Part shown: piece after piece, positions 20,476 through 30,599 of the stretch
How positions within the stretch are numbered: position 1 is the stretch's first letter
How the letters are laid out: every line of letters starts with the position of its first letter
Assembly (NCBI GenBank): GCA_046594915.1
Contig: JBKJRC010000014.1
Coordinates: 86,245-150,244, forward strand
Length of the DNA: 64,000 bases
Direction of reading: 5' to 3'
From: Methylotenera sp.
GTDB lineage: Bacteria > Pseudomonadota > Gammaproteobacteria > Burkholderiales > Methylophilaceae
The notes under the pieces: model-generated
The model's database searches: none
What the model saw: the letters and a program-made list of their open reading frames with translations, nothing else
Told to the model about the DNA's origin: nothing
Translations under genes and position numbers: made by a program

Positions 20476-22290
20476 CTATAGCCAGGTGATTGCACCTTCT
20501 TCTGCGGAGAGTACATTCTTCCTCATCCCACCAAATAATTCGCGCCCAATACCATGCGAGTTACTGTTGCGTTTTGCATCAGACAACTCATCGGGTTCTC
20601 GGTCTGCCCAAGCATCCTCGTCCACTAATACGTTAAGCTGGCCAACCACTGCATTCAAACGCACAATATCCCCGGTACGAATTTTGGCAATCGCACCACC
20701 TGCACTCGCCTCAGGGCTCAAATGAATGGCAGCAGGAATCTTGCCAGATGCACCGCTCATACGGCCATCCGTCACAATTGCCACCATAAAACCTTTGTTC
20801 TGCAATACGGCCAGTGGCGGTGTTAATTTATGCAACTCTGGCATACCATTCGCCTTTGGCCCTTGAAAACGCACCACCGCCACAAAGTCACGCTCTAGCT
20901 CGCCGCGGTCAAATGCAGCCAATAATTCTTCTTGCGCATCAAACACAATCGCTGGCGCTTCAATAATGTGGCGATCTTCTGGCACGGCTGAAATCTTGAT
21001 CACGCTGCGACCTAAGTTACCTTTTAGCAAGCGCAAACCGCCTGATTCGTTAAATGGATGAGCAGCGGTACGTACCACTGTTTCATCACCGCTTTCGGCT
21101 GGGTATTCTTTCCACACCAAACTACCGTTTTCTTTAACTGGTTTTTTGCCGAATTCGCGCAAACCGCCTTTGGCTACTGTATATACATCGGGGTACATAT
21201 AGCCGCCTTCAATCAACTCGCGAATCACAAAACCTGGCCCACCTGCGTTTTGAAATTCATTTACATCGGCCTTGCCATTTGGGTACACACTAGCTAACAA
21301 AGGCGTACCTTTGGCAAGATAATGAAAATCTGTCCAGTCAATAATAATTCCAGCGGCACGTGCAACCGCTACCCAGTGAATCAGGTGATTAGTCGAGCCG
21401 CCAGTTGCCAGCAAAGCCACCATGGCGTTCACAATCACATGCTCATCCACCAGCTTACCGATGGGGATAAAATTATCTTTACGCGTGTTATTTAATACTA
21501 AGCGTACCGCCTCGCGGGTTAGATCCTCGCGTAAGCCATCGTGCGGATGAATAAATGCTGCGCCTGGTACATGCAAACCCATTGCTTCGAGCAACATTTG
21601 GTTGCTGTTGGCCGTGCCATAAAACGTGCAAGTGCCAGCACCATGATACGCCGCAGATTCGGAAGCAAATAATTCTTCGCGTCCAACCAAACCTTGTGCA
21701 TATTTTTCACGCACTTTCGATTTTGCTGTGTTGTCTAAACCCGTGCTCATGGGGCCTGCTGGCACAAAAACAGTGGGCAAATGGCCAAAATGTAATGCGC
21801 CAATCAATAAGCCCGGTACGATTTTATCGCACACACCCAACATTAAAGCCGCATCAAATACATCGTGCGATAGCGCAATCGCGGTACCCATCGCAATATT
21901 ATCGCGGCTAAACAGGCTTAATTCCATGCCTGGCTCACCTTGCGTAATACCATCACACATGGCTGGCACGCCGCCTGCCACTTGCACGGTTGCGCCCAGT
22001 TTATGCGCTTCATCACGCAAAATTTCGGGGTAATTGACATAAGGCTGATGCGCTGACAACATCTCGTTATAAGCAGTGACAATACCAATGTGCGGCGCTT
22101 TTTCAACCACAATCTTAAACTTATCACTGCTGGGCAGTGCAGCAACTGCATGCGCAACGTTGGCGCAACCTAGTCTATCTGCGCCTTTTGGGCGATTAAT
22201 AGTCTGATCCACACGATGCAGGTAAGCAGCGCGCGTTGGGCGACTGCGCTCAATAATACGTTCGGTCACTTCTACTAAAGATTGTTTCAT
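20476..22290 (-). CDS. edd: Phosphogluconate dehydratase
   Basis: MLSAHQP, GGVPAMCDGITQG, GVCDKIVPG, GTCTFYGTANSNQ, TGGSTNH, TDGRMSGASG; upstream of eda. Confidence 0.97.
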   Translation of the reverse strand: MKQSLVEVTERIIERSRPTRAAYLHRVDQTINRPKGADRLGCANVAHAVAALPSSDKFKIVVEKAPHIGIVTAYNEMLSAHQPYVNYPEILRDEAHKLGATVQVAGGVPAMCDGITQGEPGMELSLFSRDNIAMGTAIALSHDVFDAALMLGVCDKIVPGLLIGALHFGHLPTVFVPAGPMSTGLDNTAKSKVREKYAQGLVGREELFASESAAYHGAGTCTFYGTANSNQMLLEAMGLHVPGAAFIHPHDGLREDLTREAVRLVLNNTRKDNFIPIGKLVDEHVIVNAMVALLATGGSTNHLIHWVAVARAAGIIIDWTDFHYLAKGTPLLASVYPNGKADVNEFQNAGGPGFVIRELIEGGYMYPDVYTVAKGGLREFGKKPVKENGSLVWKEYPAESGDETVVRTAAHPFNESGGLRLLKGNLGRSVIKISAVPEDRHIIEAPAIVFDAQEELLAAFDRGELERDFVAVVRFQGPKANGMPELHKLTPPLAVLQNKGFMVAIVTDGRMSGASGKIPAAIHLSPEASAGGAIAKIRTGDIVRLNAVVGQLNVLVDEDAWADREPDELSDAKRNSNSHGIGRELFGGMRKNVLSAEEGAITWL

Positions 22291-22464
22291 ATATACTTTA
22301 TGATTAAGACAATTTAAATAAAAACTTAAATAAAACTTAGTATCTCGATTATCGCTAATTGAGCCTTATTCGTCAAACAATACACCTGCATTATTCGCAT
22401 ACTTAACCTAGCAAATGGGCTAAAAAATCGTTTAAAAATTAGATTATTTAGCTAATTTAAGGTG

Positions 22465-24183
22465 TTAACTTTTGGTGACCAGAATATCTTCCATCATCAA
22501 GTACTCCAAATCGCAACCATAAAACATATTTAACGCGTCAGTTGGGCTGCAAATCATTGGTTCGCCGCGACGATTGAGTGAGGTATTGAGCACAACCGCA
22601 CTGCCGCGCAGTTTTTCCAGATGCTCAATCAATTCATAGTAGCGTGGATTAGTTGCATGCGTCACCACTTGCGCACGCGCGGTGCCATCTTCATGCACCA
22701 CTTCTGGGATGCGCGATTTCCAGCTATCGGCCACGTCAAACGTAAACGTCATATACGGTGCAGGATGATTGGTTTGCAATATTTCTGTCGCGACTTTATC
22801 CAGCATGCTGGGGCAAAATGGGCGCCAGCGTTCGCGGTATTTAATCTGCGCGTTGATTCTATCGGCTACGCCAGGAAAGCTTGGGTCACCCAAAATACTG
22901 CGACAGCCTAATGAGCGCGGGCCAAATTCCATGCGACCTTGCAGCCATGCCAGTGGATTTCCAGCGGCTAATAATTCGGCCGCTTTTTGTGGAAAGTTAT
23001 CCACTTTGATAAAAATCGGCTTATTCGGATGCGTTTTGCAAGCGTCGATACACTCTACGCTAGTAAATGCAGGGCCTAAATACGCGTGCTGCATTGGCTC
23101 GATCGCGTCACCGGCGTCATTTGCTGCATAAGTGGCTGCGCCAAGCGATGTGCCTGCATCGCCAGACGCCGGTTGCACAAATAATTCTTTCACATGTGGC
23201 ATATTAATAATGCGCTGATTCAATTTAACGTTAAGCGCAACGCCGCCCGCCATCACGATTTTACCCGTTTCTTTAATGATATCGCCCAGATAATAATCAA
23301 TCATCTTCAGCGCGACGTCCTCCAGCAATGCCTGCACAGAAGCCGCATAATGGATGTACGGATTATCGATTTCGTCACCGCTGCGTTTTGGGCCTAGCCA
23401 ATCAATCAATTCTGGCGTGAAATAGTAACCTTTACCGTTTTCTTTATAGCGCCTTAAACCAACCACATTCACCAGCTTGGTGTTCACGGTTAACTCGCCA
23501 TTTTCAAACGTGACTAAACGCGATAAATCGTATTTGCTGGCATCGCCATACGGCGCCATGCCCATCACTTTGAATTCGCCATCGAGCATCTCAAAGCCCA
23601 AATATTCGGTAATCGCGCCATACATGCCGCCTAGCGAATCTGGGTCATAAAACTCTTTAATCTTGTGGATTTTGCCGTTTTCGCCATAGCCAAAAAAAGT
23701 GGTGGCGTATTCGCCTTTGCCATCAATGCCCACAATGGCGGTTTTTTCTTTAAAACCGCTTAAGTGATAGGCGCTGGATGCGTGCGCTAAATGGTGTTCC
23801 ACTGGCACAAATTTGGCATTACTTAACCCTAAATCTGCCATCAATTTTAATGATTTATCGCGATTACGACGAAAGCGGCGATTACCGTTAAATAGCGCAT
23901 CTAAAGCGCGATCTGGCGCATACCAATACCGCTTGGCGTAATGCCAGCGCGCATTGCTGGTTAGCGGAATTTTTGCATACGGGAAAGCGACCATATGCAC
24001 ATCTTCGGCTTTAATGCCCGCTTGTTTTAAACAGAATTTAGCCGCTTCATACGGAAATTTGTTTTTGGCGTGCTTATCGCGAATAAACCGTTCTTCTTCT
24101 GCTGCCGCGATAATTTTGCCGTCTACTAAAATGGCAGCTGATGCATCGTGACCCAACGCGCCCGATAAACCTAATACAATCAT
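22465..24183 (-). CDS. O-carbamoyltransferase, NodU/CmcH family
   Basis: HDASAA, EEERF, EHHLAHASSA, GEFKVMGMAPYG, GGVALNVK, GRMEFGPRSLG, RERWRPF, NTSLN. Confidence 0.93.
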   Translation of the reverse strand: MIVLGLSGALGHDASAAILVDGKIIAAAEEERFIRDKHAKNKFPYEAAKFCLKQAGIKAEDVHMVAFPYAKIPLTSNARWHYAKRYWYAPDRALDALFNGNRRFRRNRDKSLKLMADLGLSNAKFVPVEHHLAHASSAYHLSGFKEKTAIVGIDGKGEYATTFFGYGENGKIHKIKEFYDPDSLGGMYGAITEYLGFEMLDGEFKVMGMAPYGDASKYDLSRLVTFENGELTVNTKLVNVVGLRRYKENGKGYYFTPELIDWLGPKRSGDEIDNPYIHYAASVQALLEDVALKMIDYYLGDIIKETGKIVMAGGVALNVKLNQRIINMPHVKELFVQPASGDAGTSLGAATYAANDAGDAIEPMQHAYLGPAFTSVECIDACKTHPNKPIFIKVDNFPQKAAELLAAGNPLAWLQGRMEFGPRSLGCRSILGDPSFPGVADRINAQIKYRERWRPFCPSMLDKVATEILQTNHPAPYMTFTFDVADSWKSRIPEVVHEDGTARAQVVTHATNPRYYELIEHLEKLRGSAVVLNTSLNRRGEPMICSPTDALNMFYGCDLEYLMMEDILVTKS

Positions 24184-24302
24184 GCTAATGCAACCATTCT
24201 CAATCTCGTCAATCGTCTAAAAACTCAATTCGCTATTTTACTTGTTTTAAGCAATATCTGCGCGCACTATTAAATTAAACTTGGTAAATCAAACCGAGTA
24301 AA

Positions 24303-25784
24303 TTAAACCTGATTAATTAAAGCTAAATTCCCGCCCGCTTCAGCATATGCGCACTCAAACGCTTTTCTAAATATATCGGTCGTATGTTGGTCATCAGCCC
24401 AATTTTTCATGAATCTTTTTAAATCTTTTATATGTTTTTTTTCAAACCACCAATTGGCTTGATGTGCTTGCATGCTATCTAAATCGATTAAAACTGGCTG
24501 GCCATCTACAATTTTGATATTGCTAGCCTTGCAATCACCGTGAGAAATCTGCAATAAACTTAATTTGTAAAACAATAAAGCCGTTTCGTATGCCACTTTT
24601 TCTTTTTTCTGCATAGTATTAGTTATTGCAAAAAATAGGCCGATATCTGGCGCGTCAATACACTCACTTAGAAAATAAGCACGACCTCGCAACCAACCAA
24701 ATCGCTGTTCCAGCAACAGCAATGGCTTTGCCGTGGGGATGTTTAAAATGTTCAACCGATGCGCATTTGCCCAAGATTTTGCCGCGCGACTTTGCGAAAT
24801 GCTTAACTTTAGCCCATGCCAGATATTTTTAATGTTGTAACGCTTAATCACTACGTTTTTATCAGCGATAAATGCGCTACCAACGGTACAAGTATTGCCG
24901 CTTTTAAGCCGATTTTGCGCGTCGCTTAACGCTAAATCCAGCTGTTTTACCGACAAATCTATCGCATTAAAATCGCTGGAAAATGCACTGAATTGCTTAA
25001 AACTCTGTCTTACTTTTACATCCGCACAGGATCTGAACACTTTTTTATCCGCATACGCACTTGCTGCTTTTTGCCGTATTTTTTGGGCTAACTCCGCAAT
25101 TTTGGCTAATTCAGGTGCGCTAAATTGAGTCTGCGTATCGGCGCAATATTGTGCATAACAATCAGCAATCCATCTAAAATCTAGTGCATCCATTTTAGAC
25201 CACAAAGTAGCTAAATTGCGGTGTTTTTGGCTTTGCTTAAATAAAGGTGAAATTGACCGAATGCCATCGCCATCGATGGTGTGAACCGTTTCCGCATCCA
25301 CCAAAAAGTTTTTAAAATACAAATCCGTTTGCAGCAAATTTGCATTGTGCAATTGCGCAAGCGTTTGTGTGAGCTTTAACATTAAATTTAAACGCGCCGC
25401 TTTTTGGTCGGCCTGGCTGGCTGGCTGCAATTTCATTAACTGCTGGTACAGCACTTCCGCGTTTTGCGCCGGCTCGATTGCGTTAAATATCAACGCTTCC
25501 ATCGCGTTAACTTTGCCCGCATACAGCAAATTGGGGGTTGCAATACGGTCGGCAATTAAAGCTTGCACGCCTTGCTTATCGCGCCGCGCGTATTTTTTGG
25601 CCTGCGCACCAATAAATAACTTAACATAAACATTTTGGTCATTCCAAACTGCTTTGCACACCAAGCGCTTATTCGGCACGACGCGCACCACTTCATTGAT
25701 TGCTAAAGTTGAGCCATCGCTCAGTTGCAAATCAAACGCCATAACACAAGGCGCGGTTATCGATGATAAATCAGGCGGTTGCAA
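24303..25784 (-). CDS. Tandem LPS kinase (Kdo/WaaP family) domain protein
   Basis: Two kinase-like catalytic loops (QTDLYFKNFL...IDGD and HGDCKASNI...LIDLD); TTG start overlapping the upstream GT9 stop. Confidence 0.8.
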   Translation of the reverse strand: MQPPDLSSITAPCVMAFDLQLSDGSTLAINEVVRVVPNKRLVCKAVWNDQNVYVKLFIGAQAKKYARRDKQGVQALIADRIATPNLLYAGKVNAMEALIFNAIEPAQNAEVLYQQLMKLQPASQADQKAARLNLMLKLTQTLAQLHNANLLQTDLYFKNFLVDAETVHTIDGDGIRSISPLFKQSQKHRNLATLWSKMDALDFRWIADCYAQYCADTQTQFSAPELAKIAELAQKIRQKAASAYADKKVFRSCADVKVRQSFKQFSAFSSDFNAIDLSVKQLDLALSDAQNRLKSGNTCTVGSAFIADKNVVIKRYNIKNIWHGLKLSISQSRAAKSWANAHRLNILNIPTAKPLLLLEQRFGWLRGRAYFLSECIDAPDIGLFFAITNTMQKKEKVAYETALLFYKLSLLQISHGDCKASNIKIVDGQPVLIDLDSMQAHQANWWFEKKHIKDLKRFMKNWADDQHTTDIFRKAFECAYAEAGGNLALINQV

Positions 25785-26739
25785 GGCGTGGAAATTTTTC
25801 TAATAATTGGGTTGCGGCTGTCACTACCTCTTGCACAGTAATTTCAGCCATCTGCTCTTTTTTAATCAACGTATGTTGTGGCTTATATGGGTACGGCCCA
25901 GTGGCAGCAGGATTGGTTGGCCCGTAAAGTCCGACAATCGGCACATCAGACGCGGCGGCAATATGAAAAACGCCGCAATCATGCGCAATAAATAAGTCTG
26001 CGCGCTGCATTATTGCACGTAAATCTGAAACGGTTGTTTTGCCAACTAAGTTAATCGTACTAGGCACATTTTTTTCAAACTTTTTCGCTAAAAATGATTC
26101 ATTGCTGGTGCCGGTAATTGCAATACGCAGATTAGCAGTGGCTTGCATCAACGCATTGCCAAGGGCTATGTAAGCATCAATTGACCAAAGCTTTTTATCG
26201 TCTGCACGTTTTGCATAAAAAAACTTCCAGCCATGCAATACAGTGGTACCACAGCCCAAGTGAATATTGATTAAAGTTGCATTGGTTTGGAGATTAAATT
26301 TTGCTAATAGCGATTCTGCGGTTTGTTGCGTTTGAATTACATAGTGACGATCGCTATCCACAACTGCCACTTCCAGCAACTGAGCCACAAATTGCAACAA
26401 ATGCTCCGCATGATGAATCGCATCTGTCATAGGCGGCACAAGCGTAAAAGATGCTTGAATATCCGATAACTTTTTTAGCGCATTTTTATTCAGCACTATC
26501 ATTTTTGAATAATTTTTTGCTATTTTATTGACTTCACTGCTTTTATTGAACACAAATATTTGATTAATATCAGTATTTTCCGCAAACACTTCTGCACTTA
26601 ATTTATTTAAAGCAACTACATCAATTATGGCATTCGGCAAATTCTTACGAATCAAATGAATAGCAGGCGTACAAAAAATATTATTTCCTGTGCTGGCCGA
26701 AGCAATGATTAAAATTTTATCTGTGTTATTTAAAAGCAT
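25771..26739 (-). CDS. Glycosyltransferase family 9 (heptosyltransferase-like)
   Basis: NLVGKTTVSDL, AHDCGVFHIAAA, GLYGPTNP; ATG at 26739 follows the upstream stop at 26742. Confidence 0.85.
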   Translation of the reverse strand: MLLNNTDKILIIASASTGNNIFCTPAIHLIRKNLPNAIIDVVALNKLSAEVFAENTDINQIFVFNKSSEVNKIAKNYSKMIVLNKNALKKLSDIQASFTLVPPMTDAIHHAEHLLQFVAQLLEVAVVDSDRHYVIQTQQTAESLLAKFNLQTNATLINIHLGCGTTVLHGWKFFYAKRADDKKLWSIDAYIALGNALMQATANLRIAITGTSNESFLAKKFEKNVPSTINLVGKTTVSDLRAIMQRADLFIAHDCGVFHIAAASDVPIVGLYGPTNPAATGPYPYKPQHTLIKKEQMAEITVQEVVTAATQLLEKFPRLATA

Positions 26740-26741
26740 GG

Positions 26742-27512
26742 TTATCGTCTTTTTTGTAATGATTGTTGATGCAAATAACGGCATAAAATTTTATAACGCT
26801 CGCTTAAATGCTTAATGCCAAAATATTGCTTAAAAAAAGCCAGCTTATTAGTCGCGCTTAAATCGGTGGTTCGATAATGCAGCGTGACTAAATCTGAAAA
26901 TCGAAACCAGACAATTAAAGCGGTGATGCGCGACTTTTCAAAATCAATAGTAGCCACATCAAAACTATTATTAGCTGAATCCGCATTATTTTCTTTAACA
27001 AACAGATGTTTAAGATAAAGCGAGCGATGTTGAATACCAGCAAGATGCAGTTTACGCACCGCATTTGCCAAAGCGTGCATTAGCATTCTGTGCTTGTTAA
27101 CCGTAATTTCCGCATGATTTTTCAGCCATTCATCTGCCGCCATAAATCCTGTTAATGCTTCGGTCAGCAATATCGCTTTATCGTGCTGGCTGCCAAAAAA
27201 AACCCATTTTGGTGTTGCTACATCATGCTTGGTTAAGTGCTGTAAAATCTCAAATTCGCGCACAAAAGTAGGTTCGCCTGCAATCGGATGCTGCCAAGTG
27301 CGACGCGTATGCGCTTGCTGACGCTTTAAATAAAAGCCGTGAATTTGACCTGAATTATCGGTTAATTCAATATAATTCACACCACTCCAGCCACCACGCT
27401 CGCGGTTTGGCGGCTCAAACCAATCGCCTTGGTAATTCCACAATTGCTCAAAGCTGGCTAGCTGATGTTGCTGCAATAAAGCTTGGCATTGTGGAGAGTG
27501 AGTACTTTGCAA
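26742..27512 (-). CDS. InaA-family LPS kinase
   Basis: WFEPPNRERGGWSGV, YLKRQ, HRSLYLKHLF, IDFEK; TTG start with AAAGGA RBS. Confidence 0.85.
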   Translation of the reverse strand: MQSTHSPQCQALLQQHQLASFEQLWNYQGDWFEPPNRERGGWSGVNYIELTDNSGQIHGFYLKRQQAHTRRTWQHPIAGEPTFVREFEILQHLTKHDVATPKWVFFGSQHDKAILLTEALTGFMAADEWLKNHAEITVNKHRMLMHALANAVRKLHLAGIQHRSLYLKHLFVKENNADSANNSFDVATIDFEKSRITALIVWFRFSDLVTLHYRTTDLSATNKLAFFKQYFGIKHLSERYKILCRYLHQQSLQKRR

Positions 27513-27602
27513 AAAATATCCTTTAAACTGTCGTCTTTAAACCATCAATTGCAGTGATTGCAACGCTTTTAAAATGAAAGCTTGGTCATCAAAACATTGA
27601 AC

Positions 27603-28502
27603 ATGCTTAACTTTATATCTAAAACTATTTTTAAAACAGTTTTTAAATTTTTTGGTATTTTATCACTACCAAGTTTACACCGCTTGGGTGCCGCGCTTGG
27701 CTGGTTAATCTATTGCTGTACGCCAAAATCCGCAATCACGATCAAAAATAATATTAAAATAAGCGGCTTAGCTAAAAGCACGCAGCATTTTAAACAGATT
27801 TTAAATGAAAATATCGCCGAATCGGGCAAAGCCGTGCTGGAAACAATCGGCATCTGGCAAAAAAAAGAGGTAGATATTTTACCTTTTGTGAAACAAGTGC
27901 ATGGCTGGCAAGCCGTGAAAGACGCACTGCAATTGGGCAAAGGCATCATTTTTTTAACCCCGCATTTGGGCTGTTTTGAAATCACTTCTATTTACTATGG
28001 CTCAAAACAGCCCATCACCGTGTTATATCGTCCGCCAAAATTGCAATTATTACGCCAATTTATCTTGCAAGGCCGCACCCGCAAAGGCGTTACGCTGGCA
28101 GAAGCGAATGCTGGCGGTGTGCGTAAGCTGATGCAAGCCTTAAAACGCAATGAGGCGATTGGCATTTTGCCCGACCAGATTCCTGCCGCGGGCGAAGGTG
28201 AATGGGCGGATTTTTTCGGCAAACCCGCCTACACCATGACGCTTGCCAGCAAACTCGCTGAAAAAACCGGTGCGACCATTTTAATGGCGTTTGGCGAGCG
28301 GCTAAAAAATGGCGCTGGCTTTGATATTCACATCACAAAGCTGCAATCAATTGCCACCGCGACATTACTAAACACTGCGATTGAGCAGCAAATTGCACTT
28401 AAACCCACGCAATATTTATGGCGATATGACCGCTATAAACAAAGGCGCCACGCAATGGGAAAATTCGATACGGCTAAAAATATGACGGAATCTAACGAAT
28501 AG
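27603..28502 (+). CDS. Lipid A biosynthesis late acyltransferase (LpxL/HtrB family)
   Basis: TPHLGCFE (HxxxxE), YRPPK, ILPDQ, ADFFG, QYLWRYDRYK. Confidence 0.9.
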   Translation: MLNFISKTIFKTVFKFFGILSLPSLHRLGAALGWLIYCCTPKSAITIKNNIKISGLAKSTQHFKQILNENIAESGKAVLETIGIWQKKEVDILPFVKQVHGWQAVKDALQLGKGIIFLTPHLGCFEITSIYYGSKQPITVLYRPPKLQLLRQFILQGRTRKGVTLAEANAGGVRKLMQALKRNEAIGILPDQIPAAGEGEWADFFGKPAYTMTLASKLAEKTGATILMAFGERLKNGAGFDIHITKLQSIATATLLNTAIEQQIALKPTQYLWRYDRYKQRRHAMGKFDTAKNMTESNE

Positions 28503-29322
28503 CCGATTGTTCTTTTTGCAAACGTTGCTGAAATTTTTGGCTGTTAAACTTGGTTAACAAGGCCTGTGAGCGGGCTGCAACTTGTGCCCAAAAAGTGGCA
28601 TTTTGCGGTAAATAATATTGTTTAAAACCATCTAAATCTTGCGCACTTAACCCGCATTGCATGGCAGAAAAATACAAGCCCGCAATATCTTTCATCACCG
28701 CACTGCCATTACTTGGCTGGCCTTGCAACATACGATGCAAATCAATCAAATGCAGATTTTTAACACTTATGCCTTTCACATTTAAATCGTCAGGCATTAA
28801 ATCTTGTTTTTTTAACACAAAATGACACAAATAAAAATCACGATGACAAAGCCCTGAGCTGTGCAATTTGCTCGCCAGCTCTGCCATTGCCTGCATCAAC
28901 GCCTGTTTAAAAGCGTCCGAATACGTTGGCCAATCGGCATAGATTTCTTCCAAAGTGACAATATCGCCTAAATCTTGCGTCATCACAAAAGATTGCATGG
29001 TGGCGGGATTGCAGCCGTGCTGGCCGTAAGCGACCAGCGGCGTAGTTAATATGTTAATTGCATCTAATTTTTGAATCGCACTGACTTCAGTCATCGCGCC
29101 CAGAATCGGCTTTTTAAAAGCAATTAGATTCTTGAAAATTTCCACCCAGCCCACGCCAAAATGCTGCTTAATAAAATAGCTTTTGCCACCCAATTCCACT
29201 TGTATGGTTTTACGTCCGCGCACATCGCGAAAGGCTTTGCCAGGCATTTGCATCAAGGCTTTAAATGCATCGCCGCTTAAGTATTGTTTGATTTCGTCAG
29301 GCACAACTAATTGATTATTCAT
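28492..29322 (-). CDS. waaP: LPS core heptose(I) kinase
   Basis: GKSYFIKQH, EIFKNL, GLCHRDFYLCHF, IDLHR, KDIAGLYFS. Confidence 0.9.
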   Translation of the reverse strand: MNNQLVVPDEIKQYLSGDAFKALMQMPGKAFRDVRGRKTIQVELGGKSYFIKQHFGVGWVEIFKNLIAFKKPILGAMTEVSAIQKLDAINILTTPLVAYGQHGCNPATMQSFVMTQDLGDIVTLEEIYADWPTYSDAFKQALMQAMAELASKLHSSGLCHRDFYLCHFVLKKQDLMPDDLNVKGISVKNLHLIDLHRMLQGQPSNGSAVMKDIAGLYFSAMQCGLSAQDLDGFKQYYLPQNATFWAQVAARSQALLTKFNSQKFQQRLQKEQSAIR

Positions 29323-30535
29323 GCGACATCTCTTCTTGACGCAAAGCCAGTTTTTGCCCCGCTATTTTTTTAATCGCAAGCTTAATCAAAATCTCCGCTT
29401 CTGCGCCGCCATCATTGGCTTGCATAATTTGTTGCACATACGCCAAGCCATTTTGCGACCATTCTGTCTTTTTATCAGTTTGTATCATCTGCAAAAACTG
29501 TTGGTTAAACATAGTTTGGCTAAATGGGCTTTCTGACACAATTCCCGCATCGGCATCATTTACATGATGCGCATAGCCGCAACTGGCCGTTACCAGCATT
29601 GGCGCGCCACAGGCCATACCTTCCAGAATCACCAAACCAGTGTTTTCGCGGTAAGCGGGGTGAATGCACACATCTGCACCTTGCATCAATAGTGGAATAT
29701 CTGGCCTGCCTTTTGAAATCACCACATGCTTGGCAAGGCGTAATTTTTTCGCTATTTTTTGAAATTGCTTGGGATTATCTTGTCCCACCGCAACCAATCT
29801 CGTGTTGGCGCGTACATCATCAGGCAAAGCGGCAAGCGCTAAAATCGCGCGATCCAAACCTTTCATCGCAAAGCCAGAACCGGTTAATAAAAACACAAAA
29901 TCCTGCGTAGCAAAACCAAAAGCCTTGCGCAGATGCGCGCGCATGGTGGTTTTATCTTGCAAGACTTTATCTTTATGGGCGAATCGCTCTGGCGATAAAA
30001 ACGGCGGGATATAATGAAAGCGCTCACTTTGCGTGCCATACCAATGCTGGAAATGCGGCTTTTCGGTGAGTGAAACTGCTAGAATTTCTGTATTAATTTC
30101 GGCTGAAAACACCGCTTTTTCGCACGCGGCAAACCATTTAAAGCGCGGTAACAATCGATATAAAAAATTGCGTTGCTTGTGTGCACGCTCAATAAAACAA
30201 GGGTCGGCGGCAAAATGTGCGTCCAAACCTGGCATGCGGTTATAACCGAATATATAATCAAAGTGGTTGGCATTTATCTGCGCAAAAGTAGCCTGTATAA
30301 ATTGCTGATAACGTTGGTAATTAAACCAGGCTTTTTGCGGCAACACATGCACTTTGATATTGGCAGGAACATCACCTTGCCAACTCAGCGTGAAAATTTC
30401 TACTGCATGTCCGCGTTTCACTAATTCGTTTGCGCTACGCAGCATATCGCGCTGCATGCCGCCAAAAGGGAAATACTTAAAAATAATAAAAGCAAAGCGC
30501 AACTGAGATGGTTTTGAGCGACTTAACGCTTTCAA
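29315..30535 (-). CDS. waaG: LPS core glycosyltransferase WaaG/RfaG (GT4)
   Basis: FKYFPFGGMQRD, GSGFAMKGLDRAI, HPAYRENTGLVILEGM. Confidence 0.88.
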   Translation of the reverse strand: MKALSRSKPSQLRFAFIIFKYFPFGGMQRDMLRSANELVKRGHAVEIFTLSWQGDVPANIKVHVLPQKAWFNYQRYQQFIQATFAQINANHFDYIFGYNRMPGLDAHFAADPCFIERAHKQRNFLYRLLPRFKWFAACEKAVFSAEINTEILAVSLTEKPHFQHWYGTQSERFHYIPPFLSPERFAHKDKVLQDKTTMRAHLRKAFGFATQDFVFLLTGSGFAMKGLDRAILALAALPDDVRANTRLVAVGQDNPKQFQKIAKKLRLAKHVVISKGRPDIPLLMQGADVCIHPAYRENTGLVILEGMACGAPMLVTASCGYAHHVNDADAGIVSESPFSQTMFNQQFLQMIQTDKKTEWSQNGLAYVQQIMQANDGGAEAEILIKLAIKKIAGQKLALRQEEMSHE

Positions 30536-30599
30536 AATGGCAAAAAATCAATTGTATGCGAAAATGCCTAAAATAATGCCTAAAATAATGTTTAAGCCC

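Noticed and set aside
30537-30599. Longer waaC start (MAKNQLYAKMPKIMPKI...)
   Set aside because: The extension is mostly a 12-bp tandem repeat and would abut the waaG start; WaaC homologs begin at MKILIVK.
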